The notes below the pieces were generated by a model, which was given only the letters and a program-made list of their open reading frames with translations, ran no database searches and was not told the origin of the DNA. A program made the position numbers and the translations under genes. A stretch of DNA of 64,000 nucleotides, from positions 1,024,345 through 1,088,344 of the forward strand of contig NZ_CP036287.1 of NCBI RefSeq assembly GCF_007748095.1. Direction: 5' to 3'. Shown here piece by piece: positions 1 through 10,355 of the stretch. Origin of the DNA: Engelhardtia mirabilis (GTDB taxonomy: Bacteria > Planctomycetota > UBA1135 > GCA-002686595). Numbering within the stretch: the stretch's first letter is position 1; each line of letters opens with the position of its first letter.

Positions 1-1
1 C

Positions 2-664
2 GGCTCAGTGATCGCGTTGCAAGACGCGGGCGGCGGCGTGTGGTTGTTCGAAGAGGGCTGCAACCGCTTCGACGGACCCCATCTGGCTGGCGCGGGGGCG
101 AGCGTGAGCTCCAGTCGCAACCTGACTGTTCTGAACGGTGGCAGCCTTTCCTGCTTCAGCGTCCAGCGCGAGAGCGTCGACCCGGTGCCCGCCGCCGTGC
201 CCCTGCCCCCGGCCGTGGGGCCCTTGCAGGACGAGAACGTGGCCTGCTTCGTCGACGCCGGCGCCGCCGAGCTGTGGGCCTTCGGGTCGACGGCACCGAT
301 CCACGCCCGCAACCAGTGGCCGCGTGGGACCGAGTTCCAGACCTTCGGCCCCGCGCCGGTCTTCGCGGCCGACTTCTTCGTCTCGATGCGCACGCCCGCG
401 GCGGTGCAGAACTGGCTCCTGTGGAGCCTGCTGCACGCCTGCCCCGGCTTCGCCGCCCTGCCCGCGCCGTCGCCCCTGGCCTGCGTCGGCGCGCCGACCT
501 TCGTCGGTCCCCTGGGGGCCACGCCGGCCAGCGGCAGCGTCGAGCTGGGCTTCAACCTGGTCGGCGGTCCCGCCAACCTCCAGGTCTGGCTGCAGGGCCT
601 GCAACTCGACCCGGCGGGGACGCCGCTGCTGACCGCGGGTTGCGCTCCAGCCTGGATCTTCTGA
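2..664 (+). CDS. 3' end of a gene that begins upstream of the window; hypothetical protein, C-terminal fragment, possibly secreted
   Basis: Open frame runs from the window edge to a stop at 664, with high GC3 coding bias. The last ~30 aa (LQVWLQGLQLDPAGTPLLT...) weakly resemble the shared C-terminal domain on three other secreted proteins here. Confidence 0.35.
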   Translation, partial: GSVIALQDAGGGVWLFEEGCNRFDGPHLAGAGASVSSSRNLTVLNGGSLSCFSVQRESVDPVPAAVPLPPAVGPLQDENVACFVDAGAAELWAFGSTAPIHARNQWPRGTEFQTFGPAPVFAADFFVSMRTPAAVQNWLLWSLLHACPGFAALPAPSPLACVGAPTFVGPLGATPASGSVELGFNLVGGPANLQVWLQGLQLDPAGTPLLTAGCAPAWIF

Positions 665-743
665 TCCGGGCCCGCACGCCTCGTCGCGCCGAGGAGCCGC
701 AGGGGCGGTGCAGCGGCGCGGCGAGGCGTGCGACGGCCGCGAG

Positions 744-2369
744 CTACCGCACCCAGCGCAGGCGGTAGATGCCCTTGTGCGGCGCCAGGGGCCAGAAGAC
801 CGCCAGGGCGCGCCCGACGATCAGCTCGCGGTCGATGAAGGGCGAGCGCTCGCCGCCCAGGTTGGTGACCGGCACCAGCCAATCGGGCAGCTCCGCTTGC
901 AGCCCGGGCTTGGTCTGCAGCAGGTGGTTGTTGCCCCACTCGTCGGTGAAGCGCACGACCTCGCCCAGGGCCGGATCGCGCAGGGGCCGGCTGGGGTTCT
1001 CGCCCTCGCGTTGGTTGCCTTCGAACACCAACGTCTCGCCGTCGTCGCCGCCCCGCGCCTGGTAGCGGGCGCGCATCCACTCGCGCGAGTCGCTCGAGTC
1101 GAGGGTGTTGTCGCCCATGGCGAAGTAGCAACCCTCCGGGATCTCGAACTCGCGCTGGTGGTCGGCGAAGTAGTAGATGTCGCGGAAGAGGCGCAGGTCG
1201 CCGAACTCGGCTCCGGTTCCGCGGGCGTGGAGCATGACCCGCGAGGTCTGGTCGTCGCGCACCGCGAGGACGTCCAGGGAGGCCACGACCTCGCCGTCGA
1301 GCCGCATGGTCAGCCGGTCGTCGAGGTTCTCGACCTCGAAGCGCAGGCGCCGGCCGGCCTCGAGCCGCGGCCCCGCAATCCCGATCTGGTCGACGCTCGC
1401 GGCGGCGGTGACGGGGTCGACCTCGATCGAGGCGAGCTGGTCCGCGGCCGCGGCGGGGCCGGGCAGGGTGAAGGTGTAGCGCCGCTGGCCCTCGCTCAGC
1501 ACCACCGTGACCGACTCGGTGCCCTCGGTCGCGCGCACCGTGCCCGCCAGGCGCAGGTCACCGACCGGATGCAGGCGCTCCTTGTTCGGATGGCGAGCGG
1601 GGAGCTTGGAGCGGATCGCGTCGGGGTAGCCGTCGTAGTAGCGGTCCACGATCGACGACCCGTCGCCGTACTGGATCGCGCCGTCGCCCGTGGCGGTCAC
1701 GTCGCGTCCGTCGATCAACCAGCCGTCGCCGCTGACCTGCCGCCACAGGGGCATGTCGGAGTCGTCCATGTCGACCGCGCGCCACTGGGACGCCTGCACG
1801 CCGGGGGGGCGTCGCTCGACGCTCCACTGGCCGGACTCGCGGTCGAAGGTCCACAGGTCGCCGCCTTCGATCCGCAGGCGGTCGCCGGGCAGGCCCACCA
1901 GGCGCTTGACGAAGTTCTGGGTGCGCTTGAGCGGGTAGCGGAAGACCGCCACCTCCCAGCGCTTCGGGTCGCGCAGCTTGTAGGAGAACTTGTCGACGAG
2001 GATGCGGTCCTTGACCTCGAGCGGCTCTTCGCCGGCGCGCCGCACGACGATGTCGCCCGGCGAGGGCATCCCCATCAGGGTCGGCTGCATCGAACCCGAG
2101 GGGATCTTGTAGGCCTCGACCAGGAAGGCCTTCAGGAACAGGGCCAGGAGGATCGCCATGACCCCGGCCTCGAGGTTGTCGCGCCAGGGCGTCTTGACCC
2201 CGGGCTCGGCCTTGGCGGCGGAGCGGCGGCGCTTGTCCTTCGGGCCGGTCGCAGCCCCGGGCGGCGCCGCGGGGGCCTTGGGCACCGCGCCCCCGGGGGG
2301 AGGCGGAACCGGCACCGGCGAACGGGGCGGCGGGGGCGGCGGCGGGCTGGTGCTCTCGGGGCTCGTCAC
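744..2369 (-). CDS. lepB: Signal peptidase I (LepB), long form (541 aa) with a proline-rich N-terminus and a large insertion
   Basis: TM helix followed by the IPSGSMQPTL serine box; GDNTLDSSDSREW and the C-terminal ...GRALAVFWPLAPHKGIYRLRWV are typical of type I signal peptidase. Sits immediately downstream of lepA, the conserved lepA-lepB pair. Confidence 0.85.
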   Translation of the reverse strand: MTSPESTSPPPPPPPRSPVPVPPPPGGAVPKAPAAPPGAATGPKDKRRRSAAKAEPGVKTPWRDNLEAGVMAILLALFLKAFLVEAYKIPSGSMQPTLMGMPSPGDIVVRRAGEEPLEVKDRILVDKFSYKLRDPKRWEVAVFRYPLKRTQNFVKRLVGLPGDRLRIEGGDLWTFDRESGQWSVERRPPGVQASQWRAVDMDDSDMPLWRQVSGDGWLIDGRDVTATGDGAIQYGDGSSIVDRYYDGYPDAIRSKLPARHPNKERLHPVGDLRLAGTVRATEGTESVTVVLSEGQRRYTFTLPGPAAAADQLASIEVDPVTAAASVDQIGIAGPRLEAGRRLRFEVENLDDRLTMRLDGEVVASLDVLAVRDDQTSRVMLHARGTGAEFGDLRLFRDIYYFADHQREFEIPEGCYFAMGDNTLDSSDSREWMRARYQARGGDDGETLVFEGNQREGENPSRPLRDPALGEVVRFTDEWGNNHLLQTKPGLQAELPDWLVPVTNLGGERSPFIDRELIVGRALAVFWPLAPHKGIYRLRWVR

Positions 2370-2440
2370 GGGATGCAGGGCGCGGTGGATCGGCGGACCG
2401 GGGCACTACGGGGCCCGAACAGCCAGCGTGGGGGCGGACC

Positions 2441-4237
<1,797 letters not shown>

Positions 4238-4259
4238 GGTGCTGCAGTCGCCGGAGCGA

Positions 4260-4955
4260 TCAGTGAGCCTGCACGATCAGGCGGGGGAGGAGGTCGGGCA
4301 GGGCGGCGCGGAGTTGGGCCAGGGCGCGTCCGCGGTGGCCGACGGCGGCCTTCTCGGTCGGGCTGAGTTGGGCGAAGGTGCGGGCCGGGGCGCGGTTCGA
4401 TTCGGAACCGGGATCGAGCAGCGGCTCGAACACCGGTGCGAACAACGGGTCGTAGCCGAAGCCGCCACTGCCGACGGCAGCCGCGAGGATGCGCCCGGGG
4501 GCCTCGCCGCGGAAGGTGGCGATGACCTCACCGGCCGCGTCCGCCAGGCAGAGCACGCAGACGAAGCAGGCGCCGCGCTGCTCGGGGGTCAGTCCCTCGA
4601 GCTCGCGCAGGAGCTTGGCGTTGTTCTCGGCGTCGCTGGCGTTGCCGTTCGTCTCGGCGCTCGTCTCGTCGGCCGCGAAGCGCGCCGAGTGGACCCCCGG
4701 AGCGCCGCCGAGGGCGTCCACGCACAGGCCAGAATCATCGGCCAGGCAGGGCAGGCCCGAGGCCAGGGCGCCGCTGCGCGCCTTCTTGGCGGCGTTGGCC
4801 TCGAAGGTAGCGCCGTCCTCGATCACCTCGGGCAGGCCGCCCACGTCCGACGGCGCGACGACGTCCAGCCCCGAGGGAGCCAGGAGCGCGCGCAGCTCGC
4901 CCAGCTTCTTGGCATTGCCGCTGGCGAGGAGGATTCGAAGGGGGGCGGAGGGCAT
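4260..4955 (-). CDS. rdgB: Non-canonical purine NTP pyrophosphatase (RdgB/HAM1 family, dITP/XTP pyrophosphatase)
   Basis: ILLASGNAKKLGELRALL near the start and the FGYDPLF motif. Start set at the ATG on the minus strand at 4955 (MPSAPLRILL...). The tracked ORF extends to 5102 only because it reads through the palindromic repeat. Confidence 0.85.
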   Translation of the reverse strand: MPSAPLRILLASGNAKKLGELRALLAPSGLDVVAPSDVGGLPEVIEDGATFEANAAKKARSGALASGLPCLADDSGLCVDALGGAPGVHSARFAADETSAETNGNASDAENNAKLLRELEGLTPEQRGACFVCVLCLADAAGEVIATFRGEAPGRILAAAVGSGGFGYDPLFAPVFEPLLDPGSESNRAPARTFAQLSPTEKAAVGHRGRALAQLRAALPDLLPRLIVQAH

Positions 4956-5026
4956 GGTTCGGGAGGTCGGTCCCTCGAGAAAAAGGCCCGGCAGTATACG
5001 AGGGCGCCGCCCACCAGCGGATGGTC

Positions 5027-5157
5027 GCACCGCGGGGGTCGTAGGCGTTCGTACGGTGCCAGGCACAAAACCGCCGCCTACCCAGGGCGGGGCAGCCGCC
5101 AACGGCGGCTGCCCTGCCCTGGGTGGGCGGCGGTTTTGTGCCTGGCACCGTACGAAC
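5027..5157. repeat. Nested palindromic intergenic element, copy 1 (38-bp inverted arms GTAGGCGTTCGTACGGTGCCAGGCACAAAACCGCCGCC flanking a palindromic core of about 50 bp)
   Basis: The arms are perfect reverse complements; the inner segment cccagggcggggcagccgcc-aa-cggcggctgccctgccctggg is itself a near-perfect palindrome. The same arms recur at 45130-45270. Lies between rph and rdgB. Confidence 0.9.
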
Positions 5158-5187
5158 GCCTACGACCGGGGCCCGGCGGTGGAGTGC

Positions 5188-5904
5188 TCAGCCCTCGAGG
5201 GCCTCGCGCTGGGCGGCGAAGATCTGCTGGGCGCCCACGTCCCCCGCGTCCAGCATCTGCTTGAGCTGGCTGTGGGTGAAGGTCCGGCCCTCCGCCGCGC
5301 CCTGGACCTCGACGAACTCCTGCTCGCTGGTGATCACCAGGTTCATGTCCACGTCGGCCTGGCTGTCCTCGGAGTAGTCGAGGTCGCACAGCACCTCGCC
5401 GCCGACCACGCCCACCGAGACCGCGGCGAGCTGGCAGCGCAGGGGCCACTCACGCAAGAGGCGCTTGGCTTGCATCGCGGTCAGGCAGTCGTGCAGGGCC
5501 AGCCAGGCGCCGGTGATCGACGCGGTGCGCGTGCCGCCGTCGGCCTGGATCACGTCGCAGTCGATCCAGATCGTGCGCTCGGTCATCTTCTTCAGGTCGA
5601 TCACCGCGCGCAGCGAGCGCCCGATCAACCGTTGGATCTCGACCGAGCGCCCGTCGACGCGCCCGGCCCGATCGCGTTGCTTGCGGGTGTTGGTCGAGGC
5701 CGGCAGCATCGCGTACTCGGCCGTCATCCAGCCCTGCCCCTTGCCCTGCAGGAAGTTCGGCACGCCGTCCGTCCAGATCGCCGTGCACAGCACCTTGGTG
5801 TGACCGAAGGAGACCAGCACGGAGCCGGGGGCATTGCGCACGAAGTGACGCTGGAACTCGATCGGGCGCATGTCGCCCGGGGAGCGGTCGAAGGAACGGG
5901 GCAT
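5188..5904 (-). CDS. rph: Ribonuclease PH
   Basis: MRPIEFQRHF...GSVLVSFGHTKVLCTA...TAEYAMLPASTNTR...DCDVIQADGGTRTASITGA matches RNase PH throughout. Start is the ATG at 5904 (MPRSFDRSPGDMRPIEF). The tracked 574-aa ORF is an upstream read-through. Confidence 0.9.
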   Translation of the reverse strand: MPRSFDRSPGDMRPIEFQRHFVRNAPGSVLVSFGHTKVLCTAIWTDGVPNFLQGKGQGWMTAEYAMLPASTNTRKQRDRAGRVDGRSVEIQRLIGRSLRAVIDLKKMTERTIWIDCDVIQADGGTRTASITGAWLALHDCLTAMQAKRLLREWPLRCQLAAVSVGVVGGEVLCDLDYSEDSQADVDMNLVITSEQEFVEVQGAAEGRTFTHSQLKQMLDAGDVGAQQIFAAQREALEG

Positions 5905-6108
5905 GGGTCTGTGTGGGACGCGGCGAGTTGGGGGCAAGGAGTATACGGCCGGGCCGGTCCGCGGCGCCGGATCGGATGGGTGCGTCCCAGCGGGGCGGCA
6001 GGGCCGTAGTCTGCGCGGTACGGCCCGCCCGGGGAGCGGACGGCCCGAGTCCGCAACGGGGCACACCCGGCGACCGAGCCACTCCGCGACGGATCCCAAC
6101 CGCTGACC

Positions 6109-7035
6109 ATGACCCACGCCAAGTCGACGAACCGCATCCTCCTGGGAGCCCTGGTCCTCTCGGGACTCGGCGCCGTGCTGGCCTTGGGTGGCTGCAAGAC
6201 CCTGGTCGCGCCGCTGCCGGCGCTCGCTCCGACTCAGCCAGCAGCGGTGCCCGATCCCAGTCTGCTCGCCCGGGTCCTCGACGCCCGAGTCGACGAGGGC
6301 GGCAACGTGGACTACGCAGGGCTCAAGACCGATGCGGTGGCCCTCGAGACCTTCTACGCCCAGATCGCCGCGGTCAGCCCCGACAGCGACCCGCAACTCT
6401 TCCCCTCTCGCGACGAGCAGTTGGCCTACTGGATCAACGCCTACAACGCCGCGATCCTGGTCTCGGTCACGCGGCTCTACCCGCTCGACTCCGTCGCCGA
6501 CCTGGGGCCGCCCTGGTACCTGTTCTTCCTGCGCGACACGGCGGGCTTCTTCTACTTCCGCAAGCAAGTCTTCGGCGGCGAGGCATTCGACCTCTACAGC
6601 TTCGAGAACAAGGTGATCCGCGAGCGCTTCGGCGAGGCCCGCGCCCACTTCGCGCTCAACTGCGCCTCGGCCGGTTGCCCGCGCCTGCCGCGCGAGCCCT
6701 TCCGAGCGGAGACGCTCGACGCGCAGCTCGACCGCGAGGCGCGCCGCTTCTTTGCCGAGCCTCGCAACCTGACCGTGGACCACGAGGCCGGCGTGGTGTG
6801 GCTGTCGCAGATCCTCGAGTGGTACGCGGAGGACTTCACGGCGGAGTTGGGCGAGGTTCCGGACGGCGTCGCGCCCCTGGTCGAGTACGCCGCGAGATAC
6901 GCCCCCGAGCAACTCGCGGAAGAACTGCGCGGCCGTGCCGCCGACTACGAGCTGCGCTTCGTGCCCTACGACTGGCGCCTCAACGACCGCGACCTCGAGC
7001 GGTACCCGGTCCCCGGCGCGCCGATCTCGGGTTGA
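6109..7035 (+). CDS. DUF547-family lipoprotein
   Basis: Signal peptide with lipobox LALGGC; the YWINAYNAAIL...FALNCASAGCP motifs are typical of DUF547. Confidence 0.7.
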   Translation: MTHAKSTNRILLGALVLSGLGAVLALGGCKTLVAPLPALAPTQPAAVPDPSLLARVLDARVDEGGNVDYAGLKTDAVALETFYAQIAAVSPDSDPQLFPSRDEQLAYWINAYNAAILVSVTRLYPLDSVADLGPPWYLFFLRDTAGFFYFRKQVFGGEAFDLYSFENKVIRERFGEARAHFALNCASAGCPRLPREPFRAETLDAQLDREARRFFAEPRNLTVDHEAGVVWLSQILEWYAEDFTAELGEVPDGVAPLVEYAARYAPEQLAEELRGRAADYELRFVPYDWRLNDRDLERYPVPGAPISG

Positions 7036-7063
7036 GTCGTGCGCGAGGCTCGTGGTCGAGGCC

Positions 7064-8392
7064 TCACGATGCGCTGCGCGCCGGCCGAGCCCCCGCCCGG
7101 CGGTTGAGCTCCTCGCGCAGCCCGCTGGCGTTCAGCTCGCACATGGAGACCAGCTCGCCGTCGACGGCCACGCGGAACACGCAGGCCTCGAGGCGTTCGC
7201 GACCTAGGGGCGTGGCCAGCTCGTCCGCGTCCATGAAGCGGTGGATCACGAAGAGTTGGGGCTGCACGCGCACCCGGCGGCCGCGCACGAGGGAGCTGAG
7301 GATGCGGCCGAGGGCGCGGCGCTCCTGGACCGCGCGGCGGGCCATCATCCCGAGGGTCGCGAGGCCGAGTGACGGGCGCGCGAGCAGCCGCAGGGCCAGC
7401 CAACCCGCGCGGAAGCGGTCGGGCCGCGGCGAATCGGCGTGGTCCGCCAGGGCCTGCAACATCGCGGCGAAGCCCCGCGCATCGCGCACGGAGCCCGCGC
7501 GCACGACCTCGAAGCCGAAGGCCTCGTCGCCTGCGGTGACCGAGACCACGGGCACGGTCACGTTGCACTCGGGATGCCCGAAGTGCAGGGCGTGGCGCTC
7601 GAGCAGCCGCCCGTAGGGCGCGCAGACGCGCTCCCACAGCTCGTCCATCGACGGCGCACCGTGGTCCAGGGCGCGCGCGTCCTCGGTGCGCCCGACCTCG
7701 GCCGCCGGTTGGAAGCTGACGATGCGGAAGGCGTCGGCGTTGCGCCGCGCGAACTCGACCACATCCGGCACCTGGTCCAGGTTGCGCGGCGTGACCGTCA
7801 CCGTCATCGCCCCGTGCAGCGCGGCGCCGGTGCGACGCCGGACGCTGCGGATCAGCTCGGCGCACTCGAGGCGCAGGGGATCGAGGTCGCGCTCGCCCGC
7901 GGCCCGCGCGACCTCGGGTCGGCCGCGCTGGGTCAGGTCCACGTGGAAGCTCACCTTACGCAGGCCGTGGTCGCGCACGAGCGCTTCGAAGTAGTCGGGC
8001 TCGCGCAGCAGGCGCCGCCCGTTGGTCATCAACATCGGGTCCAGCTCGAGCTCGATCGCCCGCTCGACGATGCGCCCCAGCTCCGCCAGGGGCAGCAGGG
8101 TCACCTCGCCCGCCGTGAGTTGGACCTTGCCCCCCGGACCCAGGTGCGCGCGCAGGGCGGCGAGCTGCGCGTCGACCTCCGCGAAGGGCAGGGGCGGCGT
8201 GCGGTTGGCGATGTCGGTCAGGTAGCAGCTGGTACAGGCCAGGTCGCAGCGCTCCTGCACGCCGTGGGTCGCGCCGCAGCCGACACCCCCGCGCCCGGCC
8301 AGTTGCTGGGGCGTGCGCGCGGCTTCGGGGAGTTGGCGCCACTTCTCCGCCAGCAGGCGGCGCAGCTCGGTGGTGTGTCGACCGATCCCCAC
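7064..8392 (-). CDS. Radical SAM protein of unknown function
   Basis: CDLACTSCY (Cx3Cx2C) cluster near the N-terminus, followed by a glycine-rich SAM-binding stretch (TAGEVTLLP). No SPASM or twitch cysteine clusters seen. Lies 45 bp downstream of birA. Confidence 0.75.
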   Translation of the reverse strand: MGIGRHTTELRRLLAEKWRQLPEAARTPQQLAGRGGVGCGATHGVQERCDLACTSCYLTDIANRTPPLPFAEVDAQLAALRAHLGPGGKVQLTAGEVTLLPLAELGRIVERAIELELDPMLMTNGRRLLREPDYFEALVRDHGLRKVSFHVDLTQRGRPEVARAAGERDLDPLRLECAELIRSVRRRTGAALHGAMTVTVTPRNLDQVPDVVEFARRNADAFRIVSFQPAAEVGRTEDARALDHGAPSMDELWERVCAPYGRLLERHALHFGHPECNVTVPVVSVTAGDEAFGFEVVRAGSVRDARGFAAMLQALADHADSPRPDRFRAGWLALRLLARPSLGLATLGMMARRAVQERRALGRILSSLVRGRRVRVQPQLFVIHRFMDADELATPLGRERLEACVFRVAVDGELVSMCELNASGLREELNRRAGARPARSAS

Positions 8393-8436
8393 GGCAGCAA
8401 GCTACGCAGGGTCTCGCCGCGTCGGGACGGTCGACC

Positions 8437-9186
8437 TCAAGATCCCGCGCGCTCGACGGCGCTGACCCAGGCCAGGTCGAAGGAGCGCGCGCCCGCGCCG
8501 GTGTCGATCGTGACCCCGTCCACGAGGTCGATCCCGGCCAGGCGTCCGAGGTGGCGCTCGTCCCCGCAGTGCACGGCGACCTCGGCCCCGAGCAGCTCCA
8601 GCGCCGCTTCGAACTCCACGCACAGGCGCGGGTCGTCGCGCAGGCCCTGGGCCAGGCGTCTGCCCAGGGACCCCAAGAGGGCGGCTTCGACCGCGGCCAG
8701 GGGCGGCGCGGCGCCCTCCAGGGCCAGGCTGGTCGCCGGGCGCTCCGCGAGCAGTTCCGCCGGGAACTCGCGCTGGGCCACGTTGAGCCCGACGCCCACC
8801 ACGAAGTGCGGCGCCGCGCGGTCGTAGCCGCGGGACTCGACCAGGATCCCGGCCAGCTTCGCGCCGTGGACGAGCACGTCGTTGGGCCACTTGAGCCGCG
8901 CCCCGCGCAGGCCGAAGCCGCGCGCGACCTCGAGCACCGCCAGCCCCGCGGCCATGGTCAGGGCGGCGGGCTGCGTCGGGCCGGGCGGGGGTGGGAGGAG
9001 CACGACGCTCAGGTACAGCCCCTCGCCCGGCGCGCTGTGCCAGCGCCGGCCCAGGCGCCCGCGACCTGCGCTCTGGCTCGCGGCCAGGTGCGTGTCGCCG
9101 TTGCGCGCCGTGCCCAGGCGCAGGGCCTCGAAGGCGCGCTCGCTGGTCGAGTCGACCTCGTCGTGGTGGATCGCTCGCAGGTCCAA
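8437..9186 (-). CDS. birA: Biotin--[acetyl-CoA-carboxylase] ligase (BirA catalytic domain, no N-terminal HTH)
   Basis: AASQSAGRGRLGRRWHSAPGEGLYLSVVL (the GRGRxGRxW biotin-binding loop); 249 aa. Confidence 0.85.
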   Translation of the reverse strand: MDLRAIHHDEVDSTSERAFEALRLGTARNGDTHLAASQSAGRGRLGRRWHSAPGEGLYLSVVLLPPPPGPTQPAALTMAAGLAVLEVARGFGLRGARLKWPNDVLVHGAKLAGILVESRGYDRAAPHFVVGVGLNVAQREFPAELLAERPATSLALEGAAPPLAAVEAALLGSLGRRLAQGLRDDPRLCVEFEAALELLGAEVAVHCGDERHLGRLAGIDLVDGVTIDTGAGARSFDLAWVSAVERAGS

Positions 9187-9230
9187 GGCAGGGAGGATAG
9201 CCCCGCGGGCAGGCGACAGCGCCGGGTGGG

Positions 9231-10328
9231 GTGCTTAGAGTCTGCCTCCCGTCGCCGATCGCGCCGCCCGCTCCCATGACCGACGTCCAACTCGCCCTGA
9301 CCCGCACGCGCCGGCGTCGCCGCGTCGCGGCAGTCTGTGTGGGGCTCGTGCTCGGCGTCTTCACCGGCGAGATCTGGGCGCGCATGACCCACGGCGCGCC
9401 CCTGCCCGAGCGCCTGCCGATCCTGCGCGTGCAGGCCAACGAGCTGCGCGGCTGGGAGATGGTGCCGGGCGAGACGCACTACACGTACTTGAACCCGGTG
9501 CGCGTCAACGCCCTCGGCCTGCGCGGGGCCGAGGTGGGGGAGCGCGCTCCGGGCGAGTACCGCGTGCTGGCCCTGGGCGACAGCCTGGTCTACGGCCAGG
9601 GCGTCGCCGACGACCAGACCCTGCCCGCGCACCTGCGGCAGATCCTGACCGAGCGCCTCGGCCGGCCGGTTAGCGTCGTCAACGGCGGCCTGCGCGCCTA
9701 CGCGACGCACCAGGAGCTGGGCCTGTTGCGCGACCTGGGCGACGAGGTCGCGCCGGACCTCGTGCTGCTGTTCTGGTACTGGAACGACGTCGACGAGCGC
9801 GACGTCCCCGCCACCGCCGCGCGACTCGCAGCCAGCGGCCCGATCGCATTCGACATCGGCGATCCGCCGTCGGGCCTGCCCCTGTTGAAGTGGCGCATCA
9901 AACAGCTCCTGCGCGGCAGCGCGCTGATCATGGTCGTCAACGACGAGCTGCGCCGCTTCGAGGACCCCTACCCATGGATGGAGACGGCCCTCGCGGAAGT
10001 CGAGCGCCTCGACGGCTACCTGGCCCAGTTCCAGGCGGAGTGCGAACGCCTCGGCGCCCGCTTCGCGATGGTCACGATTCCCCCCGCGGCCGCCGTCCTG
10101 AACGCCCACCCCGCCGACCCGGTCACCGCCCGCGCGATCGCGATCGCGAGTGCGCGCGGGATTCCGACCATCGCCCTGGGCGACGACCTGCGCGAGCTGG
10201 TGAAGACGACCGGCGAGCTGCCCCTGGTGCCCTTCGACGGCCACTACGACGACGCGGGGAATCGCGCGCTGGCGCTGGAGACGGCGCGCTTCCTGGCGAC
10301 CCAGGAGTGGTTCGGGCAGCCGGATTGA
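9231..10328 (+). CDS. SGNH/GDSL-family hydrolase, membrane-anchored or secreted
   Basis: N-terminal hydrophobic segment, then the VLALGDSLVYGQG block I motif, GGLRAYA block III, and a D..H near the C-terminus. The start may instead be the second Met at 9276. Confidence 0.7.
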   Translation: MLRVCLPSPIAPPAPMTDVQLALTRTRRRRRVAAVCVGLVLGVFTGEIWARMTHGAPLPERLPILRVQANELRGWEMVPGETHYTYLNPVRVNALGLRGAEVGERAPGEYRVLALGDSLVYGQGVADDQTLPAHLRQILTERLGRPVSVVNGGLRAYATHQELGLLRDLGDEVAPDLVLLFWYWNDVDERDVPATAARLAASGPIAFDIGDPPSGLPLLKWRIKQLLRGSALIMVVNDELRRFEDPYPWMETALAEVERLDGYLAQFQAECERLGARFAMVTIPPAAAVLNAHPADPVTARAIAIASARGIPTIALGDDLRELVKTTGELPLVPFDGHYDDAGNRALALETARFLATQEWFGQPD

Positions 10329-10355
10329 ACTCGGCGTAGCGGGGAGGCTTCGCCC

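Noticed and set aside
4955-5102. N-terminal 49 codons of the tracked RdgB ORF, and the small ORFs 5123-5377 and 45238-45423 encoding GGFVPGTVRTPT
   Set aside because: These are read-through translations of the palindromic repeat arms and not coding. The true rdgB start is the ATG at 4955.
5188-6912. 574-aa minus-strand ORF treated as one gene
   Set aside because: Only the C-terminal 238 aa (RNase PH) are real. The upstream 336 codons overlap the DUF547 gene on the other strand and are RG-rich.
5913-7616. 567-aa plus-strand ORF
   Set aside because: It is out of frame with, or overlaps, the DUF547 gene and runs antisense to the radical SAM gene. The DUF547 frame carries the family motifs (YWINAYN).
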